Source: Candidatus Latescibacterota bacterium (GTDB lineage Bacteria; Latescibacterota; UBA2968; UBA8231). Taken from it: a stretch of 64,000 nt of DNA. The notes under the pieces were generated by a model. The model did no database searches. It saw nothing but the letters and a program-made list of their open reading frames with translations, and had not been told where the DNA came from. Location of the stretch: the NCBI GenBank assembly GCA_965204725.1, contig OZ242005.1, positions 4,672,001 through 4,736,000 of the forward strand, written 5' to 3'. This document shows, piece after piece, positions 40,022-49,222 of the stretch (position 1 is its first letter; every line of letters begins with the position of its first letter). Made by a program: the position numbers and the translations under genes.

Positions 40022-41236
40022 CTAAGCCTTGACGGCACCCGTCTTTTGCACCTGTTCGTAAATTCGAGCGAATTCCGCGGACCCGTCGTCGTTCCAGACC
40101 TCGCTCCGCACACCGCGCACATTGCCCTCGACAAACCCGGTCAGCCGCTCGACCGCCGGGATGCTCGGGGTGTAGTACCGAGTGCCGCCGGGCAGGTGCA
40201 AGACGCCGACGTGGCGCGGCAGTTCGCTCTGGGGCCGCGCAGCTAGTTCTTCTAATACGCGCTCATCGACCTCCACGCCCAGCCCCGGCCCCTCGGGCAC
40301 CGGAGTGCTGCCCTCGCTGACTTCGAGGCGGCCCCCGGTCACATCCTCGGCGTACTGGTCGTCGAGGTTGGTCGAATGCGAGACATTGGGAATGACCGCG
40401 CCCAAGTGCATGGCCATGGCCTTGCACAAGGTGCCGCCGGTGAGCTGGACCACAGTCGAAAGGCCGGCCGCGGCCGCAGCCAAGCCCCGGCGGATGGAGT
40501 GGCCAATGCCCATTTCGCCGATCATGTAGAGGTCGGCCACATCCCGCTGAATCTCCGGGCCACCCCCAAGCTGCGGCACGTGCATCAAAAGCGGCAGGAA
40601 GGTCTTGGAGCGCAGCAAGCGCCAGCCCTCGATGTCATAGGGATAGAGCGGGTCTTCCAAGAAGCCGACGACTGGAAACTTTTCCAGCTCATCGACGATC
40701 CGCAGCACGGCCGTAGCGGGCCGATTGTGGTTGAAGTCCCAGTGGACCTTAAAGCCGGGCGGCGCGACTTCTTGGGCGGCGCGCGTCTGTTCGATCACGT
40801 CGTGGTGTTCGGCCGAGTGCATCTTGAAAATGGTGTAGCCCTCTTGGGCGGCGCGTTGGATCTCGCGGGCAAAGTCCTCGGGGGCCGCCGGTCGGGTCCA
40901 CGCCGCCACGGGCACGCGGTCGCGGACCTTCTGGCCCAACAGCTTGTACGCCGGCTCTTCGATGGCCTTGCCCATGGCGTCGTACAGTGCGCCCATCAGG
41001 CCGGTGTTGAGTGCTCCGGCAACGTAATTGAACGGCGATTGGTCGATCAGGCCCGCGATTTGCCCTTCGGAGAGCGCGGTGTGACCGCGCGCATCGCCGT
41101 AGCCGACAACGCCGTTGTCGAGCGTCACGCGAAAGACGGTCTGGGTGTCGATTCCAGCGAAGCGGACCTCGTGGCCTTGGTAGCGGTCGCAGAGCCGCGG
41201 ATTGAGGTGAAAGCATTCGACGTTGGTGATTTTCAT
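40022..41236 (-). CDS. Mandelate racemase/enolase superfamily enzyme
   Basis: MKITNVE, ALYDAMGKA, WDFN, LEDP, PEGPGLGVEVDE. Confidence 0.9.
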   Translation of the reverse strand: MKITNVECFHLNPRLCDRYQGHEVRFAGIDTQTVFRVTLDNGVVGYGDARGHTALSEGQIAGLIDQSPFNYVAGALNTGLMGALYDAMGKAIEEPAYKLLGQKVRDRVPVAAWTRPAAPEDFAREIQRAAQEGYTIFKMHSAEHHDVIEQTRAAQEVAPPGFKVHWDFNHNRPATAVLRIVDELEKFPVVGFLEDPLYPYDIEGWRLLRSKTFLPLLMHVPQLGGGPEIQRDVADLYMIGEMGIGHSIRRGLAAAAAGLSTVVQLTGGTLCKAMAMHLGAVIPNVSHSTNLDDQYAEDVTGGRLEVSEGSTPVPEGPGLGVEVDERVLEELAARPQSELPRHVGVLHLPGGTRYYTPSIPAVERLTGFVEGNVRGVRSEVWNDDGSAEFARIYEQVQKTGAVKA

Positions 41237-41255
41237 GGGTGTGCTCCTAAAAGGT

Positions 41256-41474
41256 TCAGTGAGAGGGACGCTCTTCTCGGGCCGTTTCAATTGCCGCCTC
41301 AATATCCTCGATAGTCAAATCCTTAAAAAGCTCCTTGCGCTCTTTAGTGTAGTCGCCGTAGCCCGTTGTGAATTGGCCGCAGAAGCGCACGGCATCTGCT
41401 GGCCCCATTTCCCGCACCAAGAGCTGGATAGCCTGCTCGTTAATGTCGCTTAATGGCCTAGCTGGGACTGCCAT
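41256..41474 (-). CDS. Small protein, probable antitoxin partner of the upstream PIN protein
   Basis: LVREMGPADAVRF...GYGDYTKER; overlaps the PIN gene. Confidence 0.7.
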   Translation of the reverse strand: MAVPARPLSDINEQAIQLLVREMGPADAVRFCGQFTTGYGDYTKERKELFKDLTIEDIEAAIETAREERPSH

Positions 41475-41911
41475 TTTTCTATCTCCTCCGCAAGTTCTAA
41501 CGGTGAAACTGCTTTGGTTTTACCTTTGACCGCTCGCTTTGCTTTCCGCAGAAACGAATCGTCGCAAGTGCAGAAAAGGTCTGCCTCGCCAGCTTCAGCC
41601 GATGCAAGATGCAGACTGTCTAACGCCTCAATCCCTGTTTGGTGTAGCTCTTTGGTTCGCCTTGCTACAGTTTCCGAGTGTTGAATACATATCGGTGCCG
41701 CCAAAATAGTTTCCAAGGCAAATGCCCGGCGTACTGGGTGCGGATTACGCACAATTTCAAAAGTAAGCACATCGGACGACATAAGTTCAATGCGACCGGC
41801 TTTAACAAGATCGAGAATGCTCAAAACTGCTTCGGCCTCAAGGCGATTGCGAAGTTGCCACTTGTCGTCGAGAGGACGCTGAAGGCTGCAAGTGTCGAGA
41901 TAGACTCTCAT
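41450..41911 (-). CDS. PIN domain protein
   Basis: RVYLDTC...RPLDD, LDSLHLASA, FCTCDD. Confidence 0.88.
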   Translation of the reverse strand: MRVYLDTCSLQRPLDDKWQLRNRLEAEAVLSILDLVKAGRIELMSSDVLTFEIVRNPHPVRRAFALETILAAPICIQHSETVARRTKELHQTGIEALDSLHLASAEAGEADLFCTCDDSFLRKAKRAVKGKTKAVSPLELAEEIEKWQSQLGH

Positions 41912-41920
41912 GCTTGGCGG

Positions 41921-43306
41921 CTACAAGCTATTCAGGACTTTGCCGGGATTCATAAGGTGGTCGGGGTCGAGGGCTCTTTTGATGCGGCGCATGATCTCGA
42001 CGCCCGGGCCGCACTCGGCTTCCAGCGCGTCAATTTTGCCCAAGCCGATGCCGTGCTCGCCGGTGCAAGTTCCCCCGGCTTGCAGTGCCCACTCGACGAT
42101 CTGCTCGCCCAGCCGCTGCACTTGCGCCAGTTCCGCGGCATTGCCCGGCTCAATGAGGCAGACGACGTGGAAGTTGCCGTCGCCGACGTGGCCAAAAAGC
42201 GGCGCGGGAAAGTCGAGATCGGCAAGCGCGGCTCGCGTCTGGTGGATGCAGCGAGCAAGGGCCGTGATCGGTACGCAGACATCGGTTACATAGCCGACCG
42301 AGCCGGGGCGGAGTGCTCGTGAGGCGTAATAGGCATCGTAGCGCGCCTGCCACAAGCGGTCGCGCTCCCCCTCGGCCGTGGCCCAGTGGAAGGGACCGCC
42401 GCCCCGCCGGGCCACGTGCGTGCCGGCGGTTTCAGCTTGTTCGACAACCCCCTTTTCCGAGCCGTGAAATTCAAAAAAGAGCGTTGGTGTCGCCTCGTAA
42501 TCAAGGCCCGCGTATTGGTTGCAAGCCCGCATTTGCACTTCGTCGAGCAATTCGAGCCGTGCGACGGGGATCCCCGCGCTCAAGACATCAATGGCCGCGG
42601 CGACGGCTGTGTCGAGATCGGCAAAGGGGCAGACGGCCGCGGCGACGGCCGCTGGCAGCTTGGCTAGGCGTAGGGTTACTTCGGTGATAAGGGCTAGCGT
42701 GCCTTCGGTGCCGACCAGCAGGGCGGTCAGGTCGTAGCCAGCCGAGGATTTGCGCGCCCGCCCACCCACTTCGACGACAGTGCCGTCGGCGAAGACGGCC
42801 TTGAGGCCCAAGACATTGTCGCGCATGGTGCCATAGCCAACCGCAGCACTGCCAGAGGCGCGGGTGGCGGCCATGCCGCCCAAGGAGGCGTCGGCTCCGG
42901 GATCAACCGGAAAGTGCAGGCCGGTTCCTTGCGCTCGGAGATGTTCGTTGAGTTGCTGGCGGGTGACGCCGGCTTCGACTGTGGCGTCCATATCGGCAGC
43001 ACTGACGCGGAGGATGCGGTTCATGCGCGAGAGATCAACGCACAGGCCACCGCGCACGGCGACGATACCGCCTTCGACGGCCGTGCCCGTGCCAAAGGGC
43101 ACAATCGGCACTTGGTGTGCGCTGCATATCCGGGCGATCTGGGCTACTTCCTCAACGCTTGTGGGAAAGGCCACGGCCTGCGGCGGTTGCGGCGCGTGGT
43201 AGGAGGCGTCAGCCGCGTGGGCGCGGCGCACCTGAGCGGTCACATTCAGGCGCGGGCCGAGGAGAGCGGCCAACTCCGAAAGGGCTTGGGGGGCTATGGG
43301 GTTCAT
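41921..43306 (-). CDS. FAD-linked oxidase (D-lactate dehydrogenase/GlcD family)
   Basis: PVDPGA, KSSAGYDL, GTEGTLA, GHVGDGNFH, GEHGIG, MNPGK. Confidence 0.93.
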   Translation of the reverse strand: MNPIAPQALSELAALLGPRLNVTAQVRRAHAADASYHAPQPPQAVAFPTSVEEVAQIARICSAHQVPIVPFGTGTAVEGGIVAVRGGLCVDLSRMNRILRVSAADMDATVEAGVTRQQLNEHLRAQGTGLHFPVDPGADASLGGMAATRASGSAAVGYGTMRDNVLGLKAVFADGTVVEVGGRARKSSAGYDLTALLVGTEGTLALITEVTLRLAKLPAAVAAAVCPFADLDTAVAAAIDVLSAGIPVARLELLDEVQMRACNQYAGLDYEATPTLFFEFHGSEKGVVEQAETAGTHVARRGGGPFHWATAEGERDRLWQARYDAYYASRALRPGSVGYVTDVCVPITALARCIHQTRAALADLDFPAPLFGHVGDGNFHVVCLIEPGNAAELAQVQRLGEQIVEWALQAGGTCTGEHGIGLGKIDALEAECGPGVEIMRRIKRALDPDHLMNPGKVLNSL

Positions 43307-43395
43307 GGGCGGGTAATATGTCCAATGGCTAGAGGGCCGTCAAAGAAGCCGATCATCCAACTCAGGTGAGGACAGACGAATAGCCCTTGACAAGT

Positions 43396-43414
43396 TGTTC
43401 GCTATATGCGAACA
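43396..43414. promoter_or_regulatory. Palindromic operator upstream of the RelE/XRE pair
   Basis: TGTTCGC-TATAT-GCGAACA immediately downstream of TTGACA (43387-43392). Confidence 0.65.
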
Positions 43415-43440
43415 TAATTAGCATGAATGCGCGGAAAGGT

Positions 43441-43698
43441 ATGGTGATTGAGTGGGGGGACAAGGCGGTTAGGGACATGCGCCGCCTCGCTGCCCAGGAC
43501 CGCGAGAGAATCATTGCCAAGGTCGAACAGTATGCCAGAGACCCGGTCTCTTTGGCCAACCAAGTGATTATACTGACCGGCAGTGTGTATCGGCGCATGA
43601 GAGTTGGAGACTATCGAGTTATCTTCGGTATTGAATACAACAAGACCACTATCATAGTGGTACTGAGAGTTCGACATAGGAGGGAAGTCTATGGCTGA
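43441..43698 (+). CDS. RelE/ParE family toxin
   Basis: YRRMRVGDYRVIF...LRVRHRREVY. Confidence 0.9.
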   Translation: MVIEWGDKAVRDMRRLAAQDRERIIAKVEQYARDPVSLANQVIILTGSVYRRMRVGDYRVIFGIEYNKTTIIVVLRVRHRREVYG

Positions 43699-44029
43699 CG
43701 CTGGAACCATTACTTTGCCCCGGGCGGAATACAATGCCTTGATCGCCCGCAATGAAGAGCTTGAAGACAGGCTCGCTGCTCTCGAGGCGGACGACGGCAG
43801 CCGCGTCCCCCACGATGTGGCTCTTGCCATCATGCGCGGCGAGAACCCCGTGGCTGCATTGCGCAATCACCTTGGTGTCACGCTGCGCGACTTAGCCCAA
43901 AAAACGGGGATCGCCGCGAGCTATCTGTCCGAGATCGAGCGCGGGATCAAGCCCGGCTCCGCAGCAACGCTGTCTCGGATCGCCCATGCGCTTGGCACGA
44001 CGATTGATACTTTAGTAATTGAGCCATGA
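43691..44029 (+). CDS. XRE-family HTH antitoxin
   Basis: LAQKTGIAASYLSEIERG. Confidence 0.9.
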   Translation: MADAGTITLPRAEYNALIARNEELEDRLAALEADDGSRVPHDVALAIMRGENPVAALRNHLGVTLRDLAQKTGIAASYLSEIERGIKPGSAATLSRIAHALGTTIDTLVIEP

Positions 44030-44079
44030 TCTACTGCGATTCACAGCACTTTCCACCTCTAACCGGAGCCTAGACAGAT

Positions 44080-44454
44080 ATGTCACGTCCCCTTCTCAGC
44101 GCGGCCGAGAGCCGCCAGAACCGCATAGACGAATCGTGGGGCCATCTGACTTGGTTGGCGGGCCATCCACAGGGCAATGTCGAGGGCCTCACCTTGGGCC
44201 GCGTCGTCCTCAAAGCCGGCCAAGCCAATCCGCGCCACGCCCACCCCAACTGCGAAGAAGTACTCTACGTGCTCGCTGGCCGCGTAGAGCACAGCTTGGG
44301 CGACCAGTCTTTTACGCTAGCGGTCGGCGATTGCCTCGCCATCCCGGCCGGCGTTTTCCACAACGGAATTAGCCTCGGCCCCGAGGACGCGGATATGATC
44401 GTGGCCTATTCGGCCGGCGACCGCCAATTCGTCTTGGAAGAAGACCGCTCGTGA
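44080..44454 (+). CDS. Cupin domain protein
   Basis: HAHPNCEEVLYVLAG...GD...IPAGVFH. Confidence 0.9.
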   Translation: MSRPLLSAAESRQNRIDESWGHLTWLAGHPQGNVEGLTLGRVVLKAGQANPRHAHPNCEEVLYVLAGRVEHSLGDQSFTLAVGDCLAIPAGVFHNGISLGPEDADMIVAYSAGDRQFVLEEDRS

Positions 44455-44509
44455 CCCTGAGCGACAACGGACCAAAATACGTCTCGACAGAGTCTAACCG
44501 CGTACTGCG

Positions 44510-45235
44510 ATGGACGCCTACACCCGAGCCGACCTCCAGAGCCATTTAGCAGCCTTGGGCATTGAAGCGGGGGATATCCTCTTTATCCATTCTTCGTTCA
44601 AGAGTCTAGGGCCTGTCGCCGGCCGAGCGCAGACTGTGGTCGATGCTCTCCAAGCCGTGGTCGGTCCCAACGGACTCATCCTGATGCCCTCTTTCCACCT
44701 GATAGAGCGAAGCGAACGAGCGCGCCGCTGGGACTGGGCCACTACTCCCTCGACCGTGGGCTGGCTGAGCGAGTTCTTTCGCCGCCTACCCGATACCTAC
44801 CGTTCCGATCACTATTCTCACTCGGTGGCGGCCCGAGGGCGCGGGGCCGAGGATTTTGTCGCGGACCATCGACGCCAAGAAGGCTATACTTCGTCTTGGG
44901 ATCTGGCTCCATGGGGACGGACCTACGGCACTCACTCGCCCATGTTCCGCGCCTATCGACGCGGCGGAAAAATTCTCATGTTGGGCGTCGATTATCAAAC
45001 TTCTACCTATATCCATCTGGTCGAAGTGCTCTACTGGCATCACCTGCGCCGAACCGATCCCCAAGCGTCCTATCCCGCCTTGGACCGCCCGCGGCTGGGC
45101 GCCTTTTGGGATGCCACCGGCCCGCTGACACAGGGCCTCGTTGGCGCATCCCGGTGCCGGCTTTTCGCCATAGACATATATGTCGATACCCTGCTGGCCG
45201 AGGTCGTGGCAAGCCCCGAACGCTATTTGGCCTGA
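44510..45235 (+). CDS. AAC(3)/YokD family N-acetyltransferase
   Basis: GDILFIHSSFKSLG, GWLSEFFR, HSVAARG, GKILMLGV, TYIHLVE. Confidence 0.87.
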   Translation: MDAYTRADLQSHLAALGIEAGDILFIHSSFKSLGPVAGRAQTVVDALQAVVGPNGLILMPSFHLIERSERARRWDWATTPSTVGWLSEFFRRLPDTYRSDHYSHSVAARGRGAEDFVADHRRQEGYTSSWDLAPWGRTYGTHSPMFRAYRRGGKILMLGVDYQTSTYIHLVEVLYWHHLRRTDPQASYPALDRPRLGAFWDATGPLTQGLVGASRCRLFAIDIYVDTLLAEVVASPERYLA

Positions 45236-45307
45236 TTCTCACTATTCTACGACCGGGTGCTGACCTTGTAGCTCAGAGGGGCCGCAGGTCGTGCAGCGAG
45301 AAGGGGC

Positions 45308-46078
45308 CTACTCGGGGGTGAAGTCGCCGGGTTCGAGAGCGTACCAGTACACAGTGTCGTTGTCGATTAGCGGCTGGATTTCGCGGACATTGCGGACGCT
45401 GGCAATGGCGGCGTGGGCTGGATGCCCGGTGAGTTGGGTGAGTATGGCGGCGTTGCGCTGGGCACGGCTCGTATCGCGTTGGTCGGCGGTGTAGGAAGCC
45501 TCGACCGCGATATAGTGGATAGCACCCGCTGAGTCCGTGCCTTTTACGACCAAATCGGCGCGAACGAAGCTGCGCCGGTCGCTTTGAGGAATGTCGGAGA
45601 TCTCGCGTTGGAAAATCATTTGGCCGAGGTCGTCCCTTGTCAGGAGCCCCTTGAACCGGAAGCCCATACCACTGGCGATCTCTAGGAAGCGTGAGTTGAC
45701 CACCTGACGAGCCACGTTGCCGCGCAGTTCACCTATAGCAGTCTCCATTCGCTGGTTGAACTGCCGCTGCTCGTCATTAAACTTGCGCTGCTCCTCAAAT
45801 TTCTTGTCGATGCTGTCGAAACGTCGCTCCACTCGCTCATTGAACTGCCGCTGCTCCTTGTTGAACTGCCGCTGGTTTTCATTGAATTGCCGCTGCTCGT
45901 CATTGAACTGCTGCTGCTGCTCAATAAAGCTCTCGACGCGAGTTTCGAACTTGGCAAGCCGCTCGGGTAGCTGAATCAGCTCGTCGCTGAGAACGTGGCG
46001 GCGGACCGCTTGGCGGAATTCGTCGTTTTCGTTCAGCAGGCGAATCAAATCGTCGGTTGTGTGGATGACGGTCATCAT
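45308..46078 (-). CDS. Coiled-coil heptad-repeat protein with a PD-(D/E)XK-like C-terminus
   Basis: (D/E)EQRQFN repeats; ADLVV...YIAVEASYT..RD..RA..NA. Confidence 0.7.
   Translation of the reverse strand: MMTVIHTTDDLIRLLNENDEFRQAVRRHVLSDELIQLPERLAKFETRVESFIEQQQQFNDEQRQFNENQRQFNKEQRQFNERVERRFDSIDKKFEEQRKFNDEQRQFNQRMETAIGELRGNVARQVVNSRFLEIASGMGFRFKGLLTRDDLGQMIFQREISDIPQSDRRSFVRADLVVKGTDSAGAIHYIAVEASYTADQRDTSRAQRNAAILTQLTGHPAHAAIASVRNVREIQPLIDNDTVYWYALEPGDFTPE
45756..45922. repeat. Imperfect 21-bp tandem repeats encoding heptads
   Basis: TTGAACTGCCGCTGCTC-type units recur about six times, interrupted once. Confidence 0.8.
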
Positions 46079-46164
46079 GGTCTCCAAGGCGTGGGCTGCT
46101 CATGTCCTCGTTGCCTACATCTTAAAATCTCAAAATCGTCTGTGTCTTTGTCAACGAAACCGGC

Positions 46165-46956
46165 TCAGACGCGCATCCGCAGCATGGGGCGGCTAAAAGA
46201 CACGTCGAGAAATTGCCCGGTGTGGGCCGAGCGCGTACCAGGAGGCATGAAGTGGATGACAAAGGCGCGGCGCTGGCGATCGGTTTGGTTGGGCGGGGTG
46301 TAGTGTAAGGTTTGGCAGTGGTGGAAGAGCGCGCCGCCGGCGGGTAGATTTATGATGGCGGCTTGGGCTGTATCGACTTGGTCGCCGTAGTCGAGCAAGG
46401 CACTGGTCTGCTCTGACCGCTCGTGCCCGACGGGCGTCAGGTGCGATTCGGGCAGCAGGTGCATGGCGCCGTTTGTCGCATCGACATCGTCGAGCGTCAT
46501 CCAGCAGCTAACCAAATTGGCCGGCATACATTTCCAGTAGGCGTTGTCTTGGTGCCAAAAGACCGGGCCGCCGTGGTGGGCGGGTTTGTACAGGGCTTGG
46601 TCGTGGAAGAGCTGGATATTAGGGCCGATGAGGTCTTCGGTCATGTCGAGGATGCCGGGGTCGTAGAGCAGTTGCCGGAAGAGGATGCTCCGCTCGCACA
46701 TTTGCGTGATCTGCAACATCTGCTCGTCGGCGTTGTTCTTTTCGTCGAGGTCGTCGGTGTCACTGATGGACAGGTTGCGGAAGCACCCGTTTTGGCGCGC
46801 CTCGGCAAAGAGCCGGTCGTATTCATCGCGCAGCAAGGCGATGGGGTCGTCGTCTAGCAGCTTGCCGACGGAGATGAAGCCGCGCCGGCGGAATTGGTCG
46901 ATCTGCTCTTGGTCGAGTGCTTTGTGGAGTTGGGGAGCGGACGGGGCTGTGGTCAT
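46165..46956 (-). CDS. PhyH-family Fe/2OG dioxygenase
   Basis: WHQDNAYW, NGAMHLLPESH, TLHYTPPN..RRA. Confidence 0.92.
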   Translation of the reverse strand: MTTAPSAPQLHKALDQEQIDQFRRRGFISVGKLLDDDPIALLRDEYDRLFAEARQNGCFRNLSISDTDDLDEKNNADEQMLQITQMCERSILFRQLLYDPGILDMTEDLIGPNIQLFHDQALYKPAHHGGPVFWHQDNAYWKCMPANLVSCWMTLDDVDATNGAMHLLPESHLTPVGHERSEQTSALLDYGDQVDTAQAAIINLPAGGALFHHCQTLHYTPPNQTDRQRRAFVIHFMPPGTRSAHTGQFLDVSFSRPMLRMRV

Positions 46957-47041
46957 CTGTATTCCTCCTAGTGAAGCGTGCAAATTAACAAGGGCCGCGA
47001 CCGATTACAACCGTCGTCACGCGGCGTATAGACGAGCGGTT

Positions 47042-48163
47042 TCATGTGGCCGCGGCGCGGCTCAGGGTGAGTAGCGCGATTTCGGAAGGGGCACCGAGCC
47101 GCAACGGCGGCCCCCAGTAGCCGGTACCGCGGTGGACGTAAATCCAAGTGTCGCGAAATTTGTGCAGGCCGGCGACATAGGGCTGTTGCAGGGGGATTGC
47201 GTACTTCCACGGCACAAACTGACCGCCGTGCGTGTGGCCGGATAGCTGTAAGTGGCAATCGGCTTGGCTGGCGGCTCCTATGCTGCGCGGCTGGTGCGCG
47301 AGTAGGATGCGCACATCGGCCCCGTCGCTGGCGGCAAGGGCTTTGGCCGGGTCTGAGGCGTGGTCGGAGACCATCTCGCCGGCACTGAAGTCGGTCGTGC
47401 CGGCGAGGGCAATCCGTCCGCCGCGGCAGTCGATCGGGCGTCCCTCGTTGATCAAGACATCGAAGCCGAGGCGGCGCGCCTGCTCGGTCCAGCTATCCAC
47501 GCCCGAGTAGTACTCGTGGTTGCCCGTGCAGAAATAGACCCCGAGCGGCGCGGTGAGTTCGGCGAGAGCAGCGGTATGCGGGGCGAGTCGTTTGACCGGT
47601 CCGTCGGCGAGGTCGCCGGTGAAGGCGATGAGATCGGGTTGCAGTTCGTTGACCCGAGCGACAACGCGCTCCACAAAAGGGGCCTTGATGGTCGGGCCGA
47701 CGTGGAGATCGCTGATCTGGACGATGCGCAGCCCCACTAGCGCCGGCGGGAGATTCTCGATGGGGACATCGACCCGGCGGACCGCGGGCGTACGGCGGGC
47801 TTGATAGTAGCCATAGCCCGCCGTGACCCAGATCAGCGCAAAAGTCGCCAAGTCGAGGCTGGCATTGAGTGCCGCGTCGATAGGATAGACGAGGCCTAGG
47901 AGCAGCCCCCCTATATCGCGCAGGAATAGCAACGTCGAGCAGACGGTAAAAAAGCCCATGCCTAAATAGGCCACCCAAGCGAGGAGATCGGTCAGCGAGG
48001 TTGGACGGGACCGCAGGCGAAACAGCAACAAGGGCGTCAATAGCAAGAACACCAGCGCCAATGCGGCACCGATATGTGCGGGCGGCGGCAGATAGGGGAT
48101 GAGCCGCCAGCCCGAATAGCCGTAGATCGAGCCGAGCAGCGAGAGGAAAATCAGCGCAAACAT
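47042..48163 (-). CDS. Membrane-anchored metallophosphoesterase (YkuE-like)
   Basis: SDLH, GDLAD, GNHEYY, LAHQP, GHTHGGQ. Confidence 0.93.
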   Translation of the reverse strand: MFALIFLSLLGSIYGYSGWRLIPYLPPPAHIGAALALVFLLLTPLLLFRLRSRPTSLTDLLAWVAYLGMGFFTVCSTLLFLRDIGGLLLGLVYPIDAALNASLDLATFALIWVTAGYGYYQARRTPAVRRVDVPIENLPPALVGLRIVQISDLHVGPTIKAPFVERVVARVNELQPDLIAFTGDLADGPVKRLAPHTAALAELTAPLGVYFCTGNHEYYSGVDSWTEQARRLGFDVLINEGRPIDCRGGRIALAGTTDFSAGEMVSDHASDPAKALAASDGADVRILLAHQPRSIGAASQADCHLQLSGHTHGGQFVPWKYAIPLQQPYVAGLHKFRDTWIYVHRGTGYWGPPLRLGAPSEIALLTLSRAAAT

Positions 48164-48318
48164 GCCATGGTCTTTGGTGGCTTTTACTGTGGAGGCGACC
48201 CCAGCCTCTTACAAGCCGCGGTACAGTTGGCCGCTGGGTCTTGTTTCTCGGCGGCCGAGTTGTTATAAAGGACTTAGAGGCAAAAAGAGTGGCTTATTTG
48301 AATAAAAGGAGACCAATC

Positions 48319-49182
48319 GTGAAAGGCCAACAACTCGACTTTTTCGAGGAAGAAGGGTACGTCATCATCAAAGGCGGGCTTACGGACGACGATCTCGCGC
48401 CGCTCATCGAGGATCACAACATCGTCGTCGATGAAATGGCCCGCGATCTGCACAGGCAGGGCAAGATCGCCAACCGCTACGAAAACGAGCCTTTTGAGCG
48501 GCGCTTGGCTTGCCTCTCAGAGGAGTGCGACGAGGTCGATGGCTGTCCCGACATAGGGGAAACCCGCCGACGCGGCACCTTTGACTTTTTGTGCAACCCG
48601 AACCTCGTCGATCTGATTGAGCCGTTCATCGGCCCAGAAATTACCTGCAATGCCGTGTCGCACGTCCGGCCAAAGATGCCGGCAACCGACGTCGCCTTTC
48701 ATCAGGACGCCGTGTTCACCACCCCACAAGCCCAAGGCATCCTACAGGTCACCGTGTGGATCCCCCTCGTCGAGGCGACCGAAGAAAACGGCTGCTTGCA
48801 GGTCCAACCCCGGGTCCATCAACGGCGCATGGTCTATTGGTCGTACGGGCGGGATTTACCCCAAACCGAGCGGATTAGTCTGCCCATGCAAAAGGGAGAC
48901 GTCCTATTCGTGCATAAACTGACCCCCCACGGCTCAGGCCCCAACCACACCAACGCCGTGCGCTGGAGCGTGGACTTGCGCTACCAGAAGACGGGCGCAC
49001 CCTCCCCGCGCCCAGAGTGGCCCAGTCTCGTCGCCCGCAGCCGGCGCGATCCCTCCTCGGAGACGGCTTATGAAGACTGGCACGATCAGTGGGCCGCCGC
49101 GCTCGCAAAAACGCCCCAACAGCTTCGCTACGAACGTCCAACCGAGCCTCGGCCCTTCACCGGCGAGATGTTTCCCGAGTAG
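48319..49182 (+). CDS. PhyH-family Fe/2OG dioxygenase
   Basis: FFEEEGY, FHQD, ENGCL, TPHGSGPN...RWSVDLRY; GTG start after AAAGGAG. Confidence 0.9.
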   Translation: MKGQQLDFFEEEGYVIIKGGLTDDDLAPLIEDHNIVVDEMARDLHRQGKIANRYENEPFERRLACLSEECDEVDGCPDIGETRRRGTFDFLCNPNLVDLIEPFIGPEITCNAVSHVRPKMPATDVAFHQDAVFTTPQAQGILQVTVWIPLVEATEENGCLQVQPRVHQRRMVYWSYGRDLPQTERISLPMQKGDVLFVHKLTPHGSGPNHTNAVRWSVDLRYQKTGAPSPRPEWPSLVARSRRDPSSETAYEDWHDQWAAALAKTPQQLRYERPTEPRPFTGEMFPE

Positions 49183-49222
49183 CGCAGAGTAGCAGATGCC
49201 GATCGCGCAGCGGCTGGTTAGA

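Noticed and set aside
45756-45922. CRISPR array
   Set aside because: Contiguous degenerate 21-bp units with no spacers, inside a coding frame; no cas genes in the window.
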